A DNA stretch of 29,517 nucleotides from a virus (lineage: Duplodnaviria > Caudoviricetes), in IMG/VR virus record IMGVR_UViG_3300036943_000184, positions 1 through 29,517 of that record; one strand, given 5' to 3'. Below are positions 15,487-23,702 of this stretch, piece after piece; position 1 is the stretch's first letter; every line of letters begins with the position of its first letter. A program made the translations under genes and the position numbers. Below the pieces are notes generated by a model that was given only the letters and a program-made list of their open reading frames with translations, did not search any database and had not been told where the DNA came from.

Positions 15487-17875
15487 ATTTCCCTCCATAT
15501 TTTCGGGCAAACTCTTGCATTCGTATATCCTGTGCCCTTGCCTGTATCTCTGGAGAATTGAACTTCTTTTCATCTTCTTTATCATTTCCCGTACTTAACT
15601 GTTTCATAAGTTTTCTTACCCCATCTAAACACTCACCCTGAAACGCGTCCATAATATGATCTGCTATCATTATACGAACAGAAACCTCTATACGATCGGC
15701 ATTCTCTGGGGTATCTGAATATATTTTTTTGGCGTCATTCACGAACTTATGATACAGATTCTCTCTAAGATTTTCAAACCCGGAATACCGGAATGTGGTT
15801 GATTTGGTAACGGCGACAATACTTTCAAGACCCGACATAATCGCCATTACAATGTCCGCCGGGCTCAACGTTATAGGCGGCTCTCCGGGAAAGGAGGGGT
15901 GATTATGAATTACGGTTGCACCACGAAGTCTGAACGCCTCATCTGCGGTAAACACTACTGAAGTATCCTTTCCACTTTTTGCCAAAATCTGGTTCCCATC
16001 AGAGTCAAATGCAAGTGCCCGTTCATATTTATTTCCGGTATACTTGAATATACTTTCCCGCGCCCGCGATACTAACTCTCTCAGAGGATCACCTGTACTC
16101 GCACGCTTTCCGGTCACCCGTTCCCATTTACCACCCCCAATCTTTTTCCACCTCGATCCATCCCTATGAGTAGTTATAGAACCCGGAGCCATCTTCTTTG
16201 CCTTTTCGATCCGTTCGGTAATTGCCATGATTGCTTCCATGAACTTATCAAACGTAGGCAGTCTCCCACTACTACTCAAAGTTTTAAGCACCGCTGAAAG
16301 GCTTAATAAATCACTTTGTGCCTTCTCCATAAAAACTTTCTTCGACGCATCCACAAAGTTGTCAGTAGCAATAGCCCCCCGTCCCATTCCAAGTTTTTCG
16401 TACAGCCTCTTTTCATAAAACCACATAACTGCCTGTACTTCTGAAGGAATAAGTCCCAACCTATCAGCTACCGTCTGCATTACATATTCAACATTCTTTC
16501 TCTCACCAACTGACATCCTGTCGTTGATAACTCGAACACGTCCTTTTCCAACCTCTCCAGTTTGTAGGCCCTCGGTCAATGTACCTGTCCACCTATAATA
16601 GGAACGAATCGCCCACCGGTCCACTGCAACTGCCCCTTCGGTACCGCGCATACTCTGATAAAACATTCCTACCTTTTCACCAAATATCATCGCATTAAAC
16701 GCCGCCTCATCTTTCTTCCCGCTGATCTTTGAACCGTATCCAGCATTCAAATCACCGACAGTAGAAACCCCATTCATGAACTGTACAAAACTGTCAACAT
16801 TCGGGAACATAGATAATCTTTTTTTGAACCTCTTCAGAAGAGCAGTACCGGCAATCGAAAAAGCTTCTTTTGTCCGTGGGTCCTTTACTGGTATTTCTCC
16901 CGTCTTGCGATAATGGTCATATACTATCACCGCATTTCGAAGATTTGGTGTAGGTGCTTGTGTAGGAGAGGTAATCGCCAAAATACTGAGAAAGAAATCC
17001 CACTCTACATCTCCTGCCAAATCAGGGTAATGGGTTATCAAAATAGAACGGGTTTCGTCCATCGCCTCTCTGTACCAGTCTTTTCCACTTTCCTCCCTTT
17101 TCAATGCGTACTCTACTTCCTCAGTTGCGATATTGATAATATCATACAGAGATGGTTTTTCTTTTCCCTTGAAAATAGCTTTTTGGAATGCAAGTATTTT
17201 GTCCACAGCCAATTTATCGTTCGGGGCATAATCAATCACCCTTCGCTGGTCTTTCATAATCTTGATTGTACTTTCTGGAATGTTTCGATTTTTTATTACC
17301 TCTGAGGTAACGGCTTTTTTCTTCGCCCGTTCTTTTTCCTCAGCTCTGGTACTCCCAACATACACGGTAGTCATAAAAGTCTTACCCCCACGAGTAACCA
17401 ACTGCCTCCGTGGGGTGAGACTTTTCTTCAGCTTCATACCCTTCCGATCTTTGAGCATCCGCTTGAATGTTGCCATGTCATAAGTACTCATACTTTGAAA
17501 GAACCCCGGCTTATCATATTGACGCAGATAGGCCGCCTTTGCTTCAGCAGCACTATTAAATCCGAGCATTACCTTGTCTTCATCGAACCTTTTTGTTTCG
17601 GGTATTTGTTGATGTACCACAAACACCTTTTCAGAATGGCTATTCGGACCGACATATACATCAACATGATCGCCGTCGGTGCCTTCGGTAAGCCGAATAT
17701 ATCCATACGCAATGTGCATAAAGGTACGCCATACATGTCCGGTAGCTTCTTCTATACCCTGACGATAACTTCCCCGTTCGTTTTCAATGCTTATAGGCAG
17801 CCCCTGAAAGGTTATATATCCCTGTAGTTTTCTGCTTCTCCAATCGGTCGCATTTGTAATGATACCTCTTGTCAT
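15473..17875 (-). CDS. Polyvalent protein: phage inorganic-pyrophosphatase-like (InPase) + helical glycosylase-like domain + JAB/MPN domain
   Basis: InPase: GLPISIENERGSYR...YGYIRLTEGTDGDHVDVYVG...FDEDKVMLGF. Middle domain: WY...AITSP...N...KVGMFY...AVDRWAIR...PSEVQAVMW. JAB: E...IHNHPS...LSPAD. Confidence 0.78.
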   Translation of the reverse strand: MTRGIITNATDWRSRKLQGYITFQGLPISIENERGSYRQGIEEATGHVWRTFMHIAYGYIRLTEGTDGDHVDVYVGPNSHSEKVFVVHQQIPETKRFDEDKVMLGFNSAAEAKAAYLRQYDKPGFFQSMSTYDMATFKRMLKDRKGMKLKKSLTPRRQLVTRGGKTFMTTVYVGSTRAEEKERAKKKAVTSEVIKNRNIPESTIKIMKDQRRVIDYAPNDKLAVDKILAFQKAIFKGKEKPSLYDIINIATEEVEYALKREESGKDWYREAMDETRSILITHYPDLAGDVEWDFFLSILAITSPTQAPTPNLRNAVIVYDHYRKTGEIPVKDPRTKEAFSIAGTALLKRFKKRLSMFPNVDSFVQFMNGVSTVGDLNAGYGSKISGKKDEAAFNAMIFGEKVGMFYQSMRGTEGAVAVDRWAIRSYYRWTGTLTEGLQTGEVGKGRVRVINDRMSVGERKNVEYVMQTVADRLGLIPSEVQAVMWFYEKRLYEKLGMGRGAIATDNFVDASKKVFMEKAQSDLLSLSAVLKTLSSSGRLPTFDKFMEAIMAITERIEKAKKMAPGSITTHRDGSRWKKIGGGKWERVTGKRASTGDPLRELVSRARESIFKYTGNKYERALAFDSDGNQILAKSGKDTSVVFTADEAFRLRGATVIHNHPSFPGEPPITLSPADIVMAIMSGLESIVAVTKSTTFRYSGFENLRENLYHKFVNDAKKIYSDTPENADRIEVSVRIMIADHIMDAFQGECLDGVRKLMKQLSTGNDKEDEKKFNSPEIQARAQDIRMQEFARKYGGKYEKW

Positions 17876-17950
17876 TCATTACCCCTCGCAACATCCAAAT
17901 CCTTTAACATCTTACTACCTCTTTTATTCAAGATAGATACTGCCTTCTTC

Positions 17951-18838
17951 CTATGTGATGTATTTCACAATTTCCATCTTTCCAGATGGCATTTCATACC
18001 ATGTCATCCGTAGTCCCGAGTTCGACACGGGCTTATACGTCGCCTGTCCATTCAGGTTTCGCCCCTGATCGAGTTTCCCCATCTGTAGAAATGCTTCTCC
18101 CTCTGAACCCAAAAACATACCCGACCACTTTGTCCCATCTTCTTGAATTAATACATAGCCTTCCTTCCGTAAGGCTTCTTGCATTTCACCGATAGGTATA
18201 CCATTATAGTAATTTCCAGGTAATGCACTGCGAAGCGCATTATTTAAACTTTTACGGGTTTTCGTAGTAACCTTTGGAGGATCAGGAACTTCAGAATAAG
18301 AGCCTACTCGGGGAAGATTCCGGCCTTCCAAAATCTCGGTTGCCCTCTTTATCTTTTGCCCCGAAGTCTCTCCGAGATCACCCCCTATTCTTGGTGACCT
18401 ACTCCCATATTCATAATGCCATTTACCGTCTTTGCCTCTCCAACGTTTTGTATACTTGGCTTTTTGAAGTTTTACAGCAGATACAATAGATTTCTTCATA
18501 ACTCGTTCCTGATCTTCAGTTGCAATTACATTACCATACCTCAAAGATTTTTTTCCCCGCCCACCAAGCTCAACTAAACGTCCGGTGGAACTATCAAAAA
18601 TACTATTACTTCCTTCCATTTGAGCGCTAAATCCTTCAAAAGTATCTTTCACGTCTCCAGATTTAATTGCGATATTATACGCTTTCCTTTTTTCTGAATT
18701 GGTCATCGACGGCCATTTCTTTGGTTTTGCTTTCAATTTTCCGTATTCATAGTGCCATTTTCCGTCCTTACCACGCCATCTTTTTGTGTATTTGGCCTTT
18801 AACAATTCAGTCGGTAAAAATATTTTTATCATTTCCAT
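17951..18838 (-). CDS. Two-part hypothetical protein; each part begins with the identical KAKYTKRWRGKDGKWHYEY module
   Basis: LLKA|KYTKRW... and LQKA|KYTKRW...; AGGAG SD. Confidence 0.75.
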   Translation of the reverse strand: MEMIKIFLPTELLKAKYTKRWRGKDGKWHYEYGKLKAKPKKWPSMTNSEKRKAYNIAIKSGDVKDTFEGFSAQMEGSNSIFDSSTGRLVELGGRGKKSLRYGNVIATEDQERVMKKSIVSAVKLQKAKYTKRWRGKDGKWHYEYGSRSPRIGGDLGETSGQKIKRATEILEGRNLPRVGSYSEVPDPPKVTTKTRKSLNNALRSALPGNYYNGIPIGEMQEALRKEGYVLIQEDGTKWSGMFLGSEGEAFLQMGKLDQGRNLNGQATYKPVSNSGLRMTWYEMPSGKMEIVKYIT

Positions 18839-19370
18839 ATATACTCCTTAAATGGTATCAATAATCCTGTAGCTCGCCATTTTCATCAAACCAATCATCA
18901 TAAAACCCTGACATATCCTCAGTAACTATATCTCTGTGCGTTATTACCACATTGGATTTTTTCTTCCATATATACCCCAGCCCCTCTTCATAGACATATG
19001 GTGGAACATCCACCTTCACGATCGTTTCCGTATTGTGGTTTACAATATAGGTAGATGTATGATAATCATACTCATTGTATAGAGTAAATGTTTCATACCC
19101 AAGATCGGACAACTCATCAGAAATAGCAGTCGCGATATCGTCACAAATGCCTCCCGAACCGTACCCTTCAGCGTACCCCTCATCATCCTGATCCCAATTG
19201 TTATAAACCACATTTGCTATGGAGGCTAACTTTGGAGCTACATCCTTTACATGTGCCATAATCGCCCGCGACTCTGTTGGAAGCTCATGCTTTACAGGTT
19301 TACGTACCCGAGGGTATTCATAATGCCACTTCCCGTCTTTTCCTCTCCATCGCTTGGTATACTTAGCTTT
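18407..19370 (-). repeat. Three dispersed 57 bp coding repeats (18407-18463, 18743-18799, 19314-19370) encoding an identical 19-aa peptide
   Basis: Same peptide in all three copies, with many synonymous differences. Confidence 0.9.
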
Positions 19371-19406
19371 TGATAAAAGCAACGATGTCGGTTTATATAA
19401 TATCAT
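18858..19406 (-). CDS. Putative papain-like (Cys-His-Asp) domain protein with leader and KY module (likely start 19406)
   Basis: MILYKPTSLLLSKA|KYTKRW...; GGICDDIATAI ... YHTSTY ... KVDVP gives a C-H-D order. Confidence 0.55.
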   Translation of the reverse strand: MILYKPTSLLLSKAKYTKRWRGKDGKWHYEYPRVRKPVKHELPTESRAIMAHVKDVAPKLASIANVVYNNWDQDDEGYAEGYGSGGICDDIATAISDELSDLGYETFTLYNEYDYHTSTYIVNHNTETIVKVDVPPYVYEEGLGYIWKKKSNVVITHRDIVTEDMSGFYDDWFDENGELQDY

Positions 19407-19962
19407 CGTCGCACTTCCTACATACCCATCCAGGGATATCAATAAACTGTCCGGGTACTGTATACCCCTCCCACTCATCAGGAAATAAATCCCATTTCGA
19501 GTCTTTCATTATCTCATCAACAAACCCGGAACATACCTCTCCCCACGCCTCATGATTAAAGGGAACCCATTTAATCCATTTCCAGAACCGACGTGTCGGC
19601 CAGATCAATGCCAATACAACCAGCTTCAAAATGTTGTATGGACGCGGCAAAGGAACGACCTTTTCAAGCTCTCTTTTAATCCTGTCCATACGCTCCGGGG
19701 TCGTCTCTAGTCTCCACGGAACCATACATATATCGGGCTCCGGTACATCTGATGGAAACCTTCCATATGTTATTCGTATCCCTGATTCCAGATTACCTTT
19801 TTCGTTTTTCCATACTGTACTCTCGTACACCGCCCCTTCGAATACTAAGGCAACGTGGGTATATGGCATTCCAGTAAAGAATACGATAGCCCGGGATACA
19901 AAATCCCGTGCCCAGTCTTCTTTCTTGTGGTATCTCCAGACAGCTATAGCAAGAGGTTCCAT
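19393..19962 (-). CDS. Permuted papain-like NlpC/P60 enzyme (YiiX/YaeF, C92-like)
   Basis: FTGMPYTHVALV...YES precedes PYN and EVCSGFV...TVPGQF, giving His before Cys. Confidence 0.75.
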   Translation of the reverse strand: MEPLAIAVWRYHKKEDWARDFVSRAIVFFTGMPYTHVALVFEGAVYESTVWKNEKGNLESGIRITYGRFPSDVPEPDICMVPWRLETTPERMDRIKRELEKVVPLPRPYNILKLVVLALIWPTRRFWKWIKWVPFNHEAWGEVCSGFVDEIMKDSKWDLFPDEWEGYTVPGQFIDIPGWVCRKCDDDII

Positions 19963-19983
19963 AGCGCACTCCTTTTTGGTACA

Positions 19984-20511
19984 CTATTTTTCAGGCGTAC
20001 TTGATCCGAGTTCAGACGGGTTTACAACATAGGTTTGCCTACCGAAGTTATCAAAGGCTTGGCTGCTCATACCCGATACTCCGGTATTATAATTTGAATA
20101 CGCCTTTTTCTGGCCAGCTTCACGCCCTTTATGGTCGACAGTTGCAGGCTGATGATCCTTTGCACTTTCCGGCTTCGGTGCCAGCATACGATCCGCGGCC
20201 ATCTTCGCCAGCTTCATTCTTTCAGCATGCCCCTCATAGGGAATCCTGCTCGTTATCCCATCTTTCACTGTTGACAGCTTGGCTGGATGCTGTGACTTTT
20301 CCATGTTGCCCGGAATGATAACCAAAGGGATGCTTGATTTGCTCATTTCTTCCTCCATATCTTCGTCTTCTTCGTCTTCATACTTGCGTTTCTTCTTCTT
20401 ACGGGTTGCAAGTCCCGTACCATCTGCCCTGCCCTTTCCTGGTCCCGCACCCTGCCCGTGTGGTCCCATTCCGTCCTGTTTATATACTCTTTTCATTTTA
20501 TACCTCTCCAA
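19984..20511 (-). CDS. Low-complexity hypothetical protein with MSKS/MEKS motifs
   Basis: 175 aa, GGAGAGG SD, Gly-rich, basic and acidic tracts. Confidence 0.65.
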   Translation of the reverse strand: MERYKMKRVYKQDGMGPHGQGAGPGKGRADGTGLATRKKKKRKYEDEEDEDMEEEMSKSSIPLVIIPGNMEKSQHPAKLSTVKDGITSRIPYEGHAERMKLAKMAADRMLAPKPESAKDHQPATVDHKGREAGQKKAYSNYNTGVSGMSSQAFDNFGRQTYVVNPSELGSSTPEK

Positions 20512-20538
20512 TTTTGATTGAGATAGCTGACCGTGTTA

Positions 20539-20790
20539 CTAATGTATTTTACCCGATTTTCTACCGATATAGGCGCACAACTTACGGGCACTATTCTCAG
20601 ACAATCCTTTCTCCTCCATCTGATATCTCATACAACCCTTGAATCCCCCCTTGAAAGTATTATCGGGGTTTATATAATCACTTTTTGCTTTTTGTAAATC
20701 CTCTTTAATCAAGTCATCAAGAATGTCCGCCGCCTCGATACCCTCTACCATAGATTTTCTCATGTCGCTCGGCTTCATTATCTTTGACAT
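20539..20790 (-). CDS. Small hypothetical head-module protein
   Basis: MRKS and LQKA motifs, then FKGC...GLSENSARKLCAYI. Confidence 0.65.
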   Translation of the reverse strand: MSKIMKPSDMRKSMVEGIEAADILDDLIKEDLQKAKSDYINPDNTFKGGFKGCMRYQMEEKGLSENSARKLCAYIGRKSGKIH

Positions 20791-20800
20791 TTCAATCCCC

Positions 20801-22330
20801 CTATTCTATAACGATCTTCACTGTACGCTCTTTCTTATCCGTCAATTTCTGAAAATCGCTTAATGATTTGCGCATCCCCCTATTCGCATTAGCAAACAAG
20901 TCTTCATCCTGCCCCGCTTCTTCCTCTGGACCCTCCTCTATTCCACCCCCACCTTCTGACATCATTTTCTCCTGCGCCTCTTGTTGTTTCGCCCCTAGAA
21001 ATATTTGTACAGCCTGTGGGTTCAATGGCATTTTCGACCAATCCTCGTCAAACGGTTTCAATTCATCCTCTTCCCGGATTTCATCAATACTTTTCCAACC
21101 AACGATCTGTTTGTTACGTATCTCTGCCTTCTTTTGCTGATCTTCACGCTCAATACCAACAAACCTAAATCGATACTTTTGTGTGCTCTTTCTGATTACT
21201 TTGTTAATGTGCTGTTCAATAAAAGATAGCATCGATGTGAGTCCACGATCCTTGGAATGTTGTATTCTTGGTTCAAGATTCTCCCCTATCAATGCCGTAG
21301 AGTCATCGGTCTTAATTCCCAGCTCGGCCAAATCCATTCCAAACACCGCGGCAACCAAAGATGATACAAACATCATGGTTTTATGATATTCCATATCACG
21401 GTTATTCTGTCCCAGGTTCTTAAAGTCCATTCCGACACCGTCTTTACCGCTTGGCAAAATAGGAATTGTCCATTTCGCCCCCGCGCCACTCATAGCCGCA
21501 TACCAGTAATTCCGTATTGCATCCATCTCCGAAGTTCCTATATCACCCATAACTGATATAAAACCCTTCGGCATTTTATCCTTGATAAGTTGATCGCGTA
21601 TGTAGTTATATCCAAATAGCAAAGTAGTAATAATATCAATGCACTGTTCAACTGGACTGTATCCATATCCTCGATGCTTCATATCTGTTCGCTTGTACTT
21701 ATAATCGAATATCAAATCCTCGTTGGTATACTCTTCATAAATCTTCTCTTCGATCATCTGTACAAACCGAATGCCCCTCTTAAACCGAGCCTCGTCGCTT
21801 ACTCGAAATATTGTCGCCCCATCCAAAGCCCAGAATGATACGACCTCACCTAATCGATTTTTCTGTACCTCGGTGGCGATTTGATCGATCTCGTATATAT
21901 CTCGAATCATCATACTTACATAATCTGCAAGGTCGTCCTCGCGATCTGAGTCGTAATGAAACCCCGTCTGCTCAAGAAAGGTCGCCAATTGTAAAACCTC
22001 CGCATCATCTATATCAGACCCCCTGAACTCATCTGTACGGTCTTCAATTTCGAACTTAAATCCTCTGTCCCCTTTTTCAGTAGCAAACTTAGTAAATGGC
22101 AACACCTGATCTATTCGGGCGTTGATGATTCCATTTATCAATGGTAGTTTTCCCGTTACTCTCCGCAACGTATCAAAGTTCATTTGTAGCACCCGCTCAC
22201 GCACACCATTCGCACCATGCCACAACCATTGCTGTACCCGCGGATCAACCAATTGACTTGTTAGTTTCTTAATAGTTGCGTCGGGGTTTACAAGCTCCTT
22301 CGAAGACTTCTTTTTTTTCTTCCGTGCCAT
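20801..22330 (-). CDS. Portal protein, SPO1/Twort-like
   Basis: 509 aa. Motifs WALDGATI, GYGYSPVE, MPKGFI, NRDMEY, VFGMDLAELG, SKDRGL, SIDEIRE; AAGGAG SD. Confidence 0.92.
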   Translation of the reverse strand: MARKKKKKSSKELVNPDATIKKLTSQLVDPRVQQWLWHGANGVRERVLQMNFDTLRRVTGKLPLINGIINARIDQVLPFTKFATEKGDRGFKFEIEDRTDEFRGSDIDDAEVLQLATFLEQTGFHYDSDREDDLADYVSMMIRDIYEIDQIATEVQKNRLGEVVSFWALDGATIFRVSDEARFKRGIRFVQMIEEKIYEEYTNEDLIFDYKYKRTDMKHRGYGYSPVEQCIDIITTLLFGYNYIRDQLIKDKMPKGFISVMGDIGTSEMDAIRNYWYAAMSGAGAKWTIPILPSGKDGVGMDFKNLGQNNRDMEYHKTMMFVSSLVAAVFGMDLAELGIKTDDSTALIGENLEPRIQHSKDRGLTSMLSFIEQHINKVIRKSTQKYRFRFVGIEREDQQKKAEIRNKQIVGWKSIDEIREEDELKPFDEDWSKMPLNPQAVQIFLGAKQQEAQEKMMSEGGGGIEEGPEEEAGQDEDLFANANRGMRKSLSDFQKLTDKKERTVKIVIE

Positions 22331-22350
22331 GCAAATATCTCCTTATTTAC

Positions 22351-22380
22351 AGTATATCATGAACCCCCGCCCGAAACCAA
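22351..22380 (-). promoter_or_regulatory. Candidate promoter for the portal operon
   Basis: TTGGTT-N18-TATACT with extended -10 (TGaTATACT). A similar TGgTATACT lies at 4106-4114 upstream of the 86-aa gene. Confidence 0.4.
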
Positions 22381-22411
22381 TACGCCTTTAATTACAAAAA
22401 GGCGGAAGCAT

Positions 22412-22440
22412 AAAAAAAGGGCACCCCCATCAGGGTGCCC
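22412..22440 (-). terminator. Intrinsic terminator
   Basis: GGGCACCC-loop-GGGTGCCC followed by T7 on the minus strand, downstream of 22475..22849. Confidence 0.8.
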
Positions 22441-22474
22441 CATAGCTCATTGGTATATTTCTCACTCTTTCAGA

Positions 22475-22849
22475 CTAACACAAGAGGGGAAAGATTAAAC
22501 GATCCGTCACCCCTCCCCCACTATTACCGGAATAATTGGACTCGGTTATTACAACAGAGTTGACCAAAAGGTCTTCACATAAATTGTGGTCAACAACTGT
22601 CATGTCGGCATTAACAAAATAAATATTAGCAAGTACATTGGAACTCGCATAGTCCACCTTCACGGTTCCAATCTCCATAACGAAGGCCCCACCTGAGACC
22701 CGCTCCGCAACGACCGGACCGACATCCATCTCAAACTGATTGATACTTCCGAAATCATCAGTACTTGCGACCGCCGTTCCACTTGCGAACAGTGCCAGTA
22801 CGAATACCAGCAACATCGCAATCAGGCGCATCTTACGTGTTCTAATCAC
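22475..22849 (-). CDS. Exported protein with Sec-type signal peptide
   Basis: Basic N-region, hydrophobic LIAMLLVFVLALFA, AVA|S cleavage-like site; GGAGG SD. Confidence 0.65.
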   Translation of the reverse strand: MIRTRKMRLIAMLLVFVLALFASGTAVASTDDFGSINQFEMDVGPVVAERVSGGAFVMEIGTVKVDYASSNVLANIYFVNADMTVVDHNLCEDLLVNSVVITESNYSGNSGGGVTDRLIFPLLC

Positions 22850-22878
22850 TTCATTATCCTCCTCCTATTTTAATATTT

Positions 22879-23274
22879 CTACTCTCCCCTATAGGGTACA
22901 TTTTTATTATATACCCACTTGGGTATTTGTGCAAGGTTATTATTTTTTAAACAAGGATAAACAACTCCATCAATATTTACCTTGGACTTTACCACCCCAT
23001 CAGACTCGACGCCCTGAATAGACACTTCTTTTACCAAAATACATTCTTTAGTGTTTGTTGGCATAATAGACTCAAGAACCCCATTCCCGGAGAAGAAATC
23101 AGTCATACTCAAATCCATTACTTCCGTCGTACCCCCGCCCGTAAACTCGGCAGTTACCCTCTTAGAACTGTGTTCCGACTGGGGGCGTGATCGGACAGTA
23201 AACGATACCAAACAAAGACACATACTACCCCCCGAACCCCTACGCTTCCATAAACTACCTATAACCATGGCCAC
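22879..23274 (-). CDS. Hypothetical protein
   Basis: 131 aa ORF co-oriented with neighbours. Confidence 0.45.
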   Translation of the reverse strand: MAMVIGSLWKRRGSGGSMCLCLVSFTVRSRPQSEHSSKRVTAEFTGGGTTEVMDLSMTDFFSGNGVLESIMPTNTKECILVKEVSIQGVESDGVVKSKVNIDGVVYPCLKNNNLAQIPKWVYNKNVPYRGE

Positions 23275-23282
23275 GCCCCTAT

Positions 23283-23630
23283 TTACATATTAGTTGGACC
23301 GGTCGATGGGGCTGTACTTGCATATGTGTAACTACTCCCCATCGTCGTATACCAATAAACCACCGGGATTCGAACTTGCCTCTTACGCTCCAATATGTTC
23401 CAATTCATTATATTATCATAGGCTTCCTTCAACCTCACAAACTCTCCGTGGTCCCCGCCAACATCCGGGTGCATTACTTTCGACAGCGTTCTAAACTCAT
23501 CACGTATATGCTTCTTGAATATCTCCAACCGCTCTGCCGCCTGCTTTGCTGTCATCCCCTCAAACATCTCCTCGACATCGGATTTCGTGTACCCAAATAC
23601 CCCCGCTGCAATATCCATATTCATATACAC
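23283..23630 (-). CDS. J-domain (DnaJ-like) protein
   Basis: IRDEFRTLSKVMHPDVGGDHGEFVRLKEAYD contains the HPD motif and flanking helices. Confidence 0.8.
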   Translation of the reverse strand: MYMNMDIAAGVFGYTKSDVEEMFEGMTAKQAAERLEIFKKHIRDEFRTLSKVMHPDVGGDHGEFVRLKEAYDNIMNWNILERKRQVRIPVVYWYTTMGSSYTYASTAPSTGPTNM

Positions 23631-23702
23631 CCCCTTTCACAACCGATACCGCCCTCATATACGGTCCCAAATACTGCAAAATATATTGCAATTCCATGTC
23701 TA

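Noticed and set aside
15487-15585. First 33 codons of the 1603-aa ORF
   Set aside because: Deep overlap with the upstream gene; ATG 15486 has a GGAGG SD and normal coupling.
18407-19370. Repeats considered as a CRISPR array or DGR template/variable pair
   Set aside because: Irregular spacing, in-frame coding, differences are synonymous rather than adenine-specific, and I see no cas or reverse transcriptase gene.
19407-19478. N-terminal extension of the 206-aa ORF
   Set aside because: Overlaps the upstream gene; a start at 19406 gives a leader like those of the other cargo genes.
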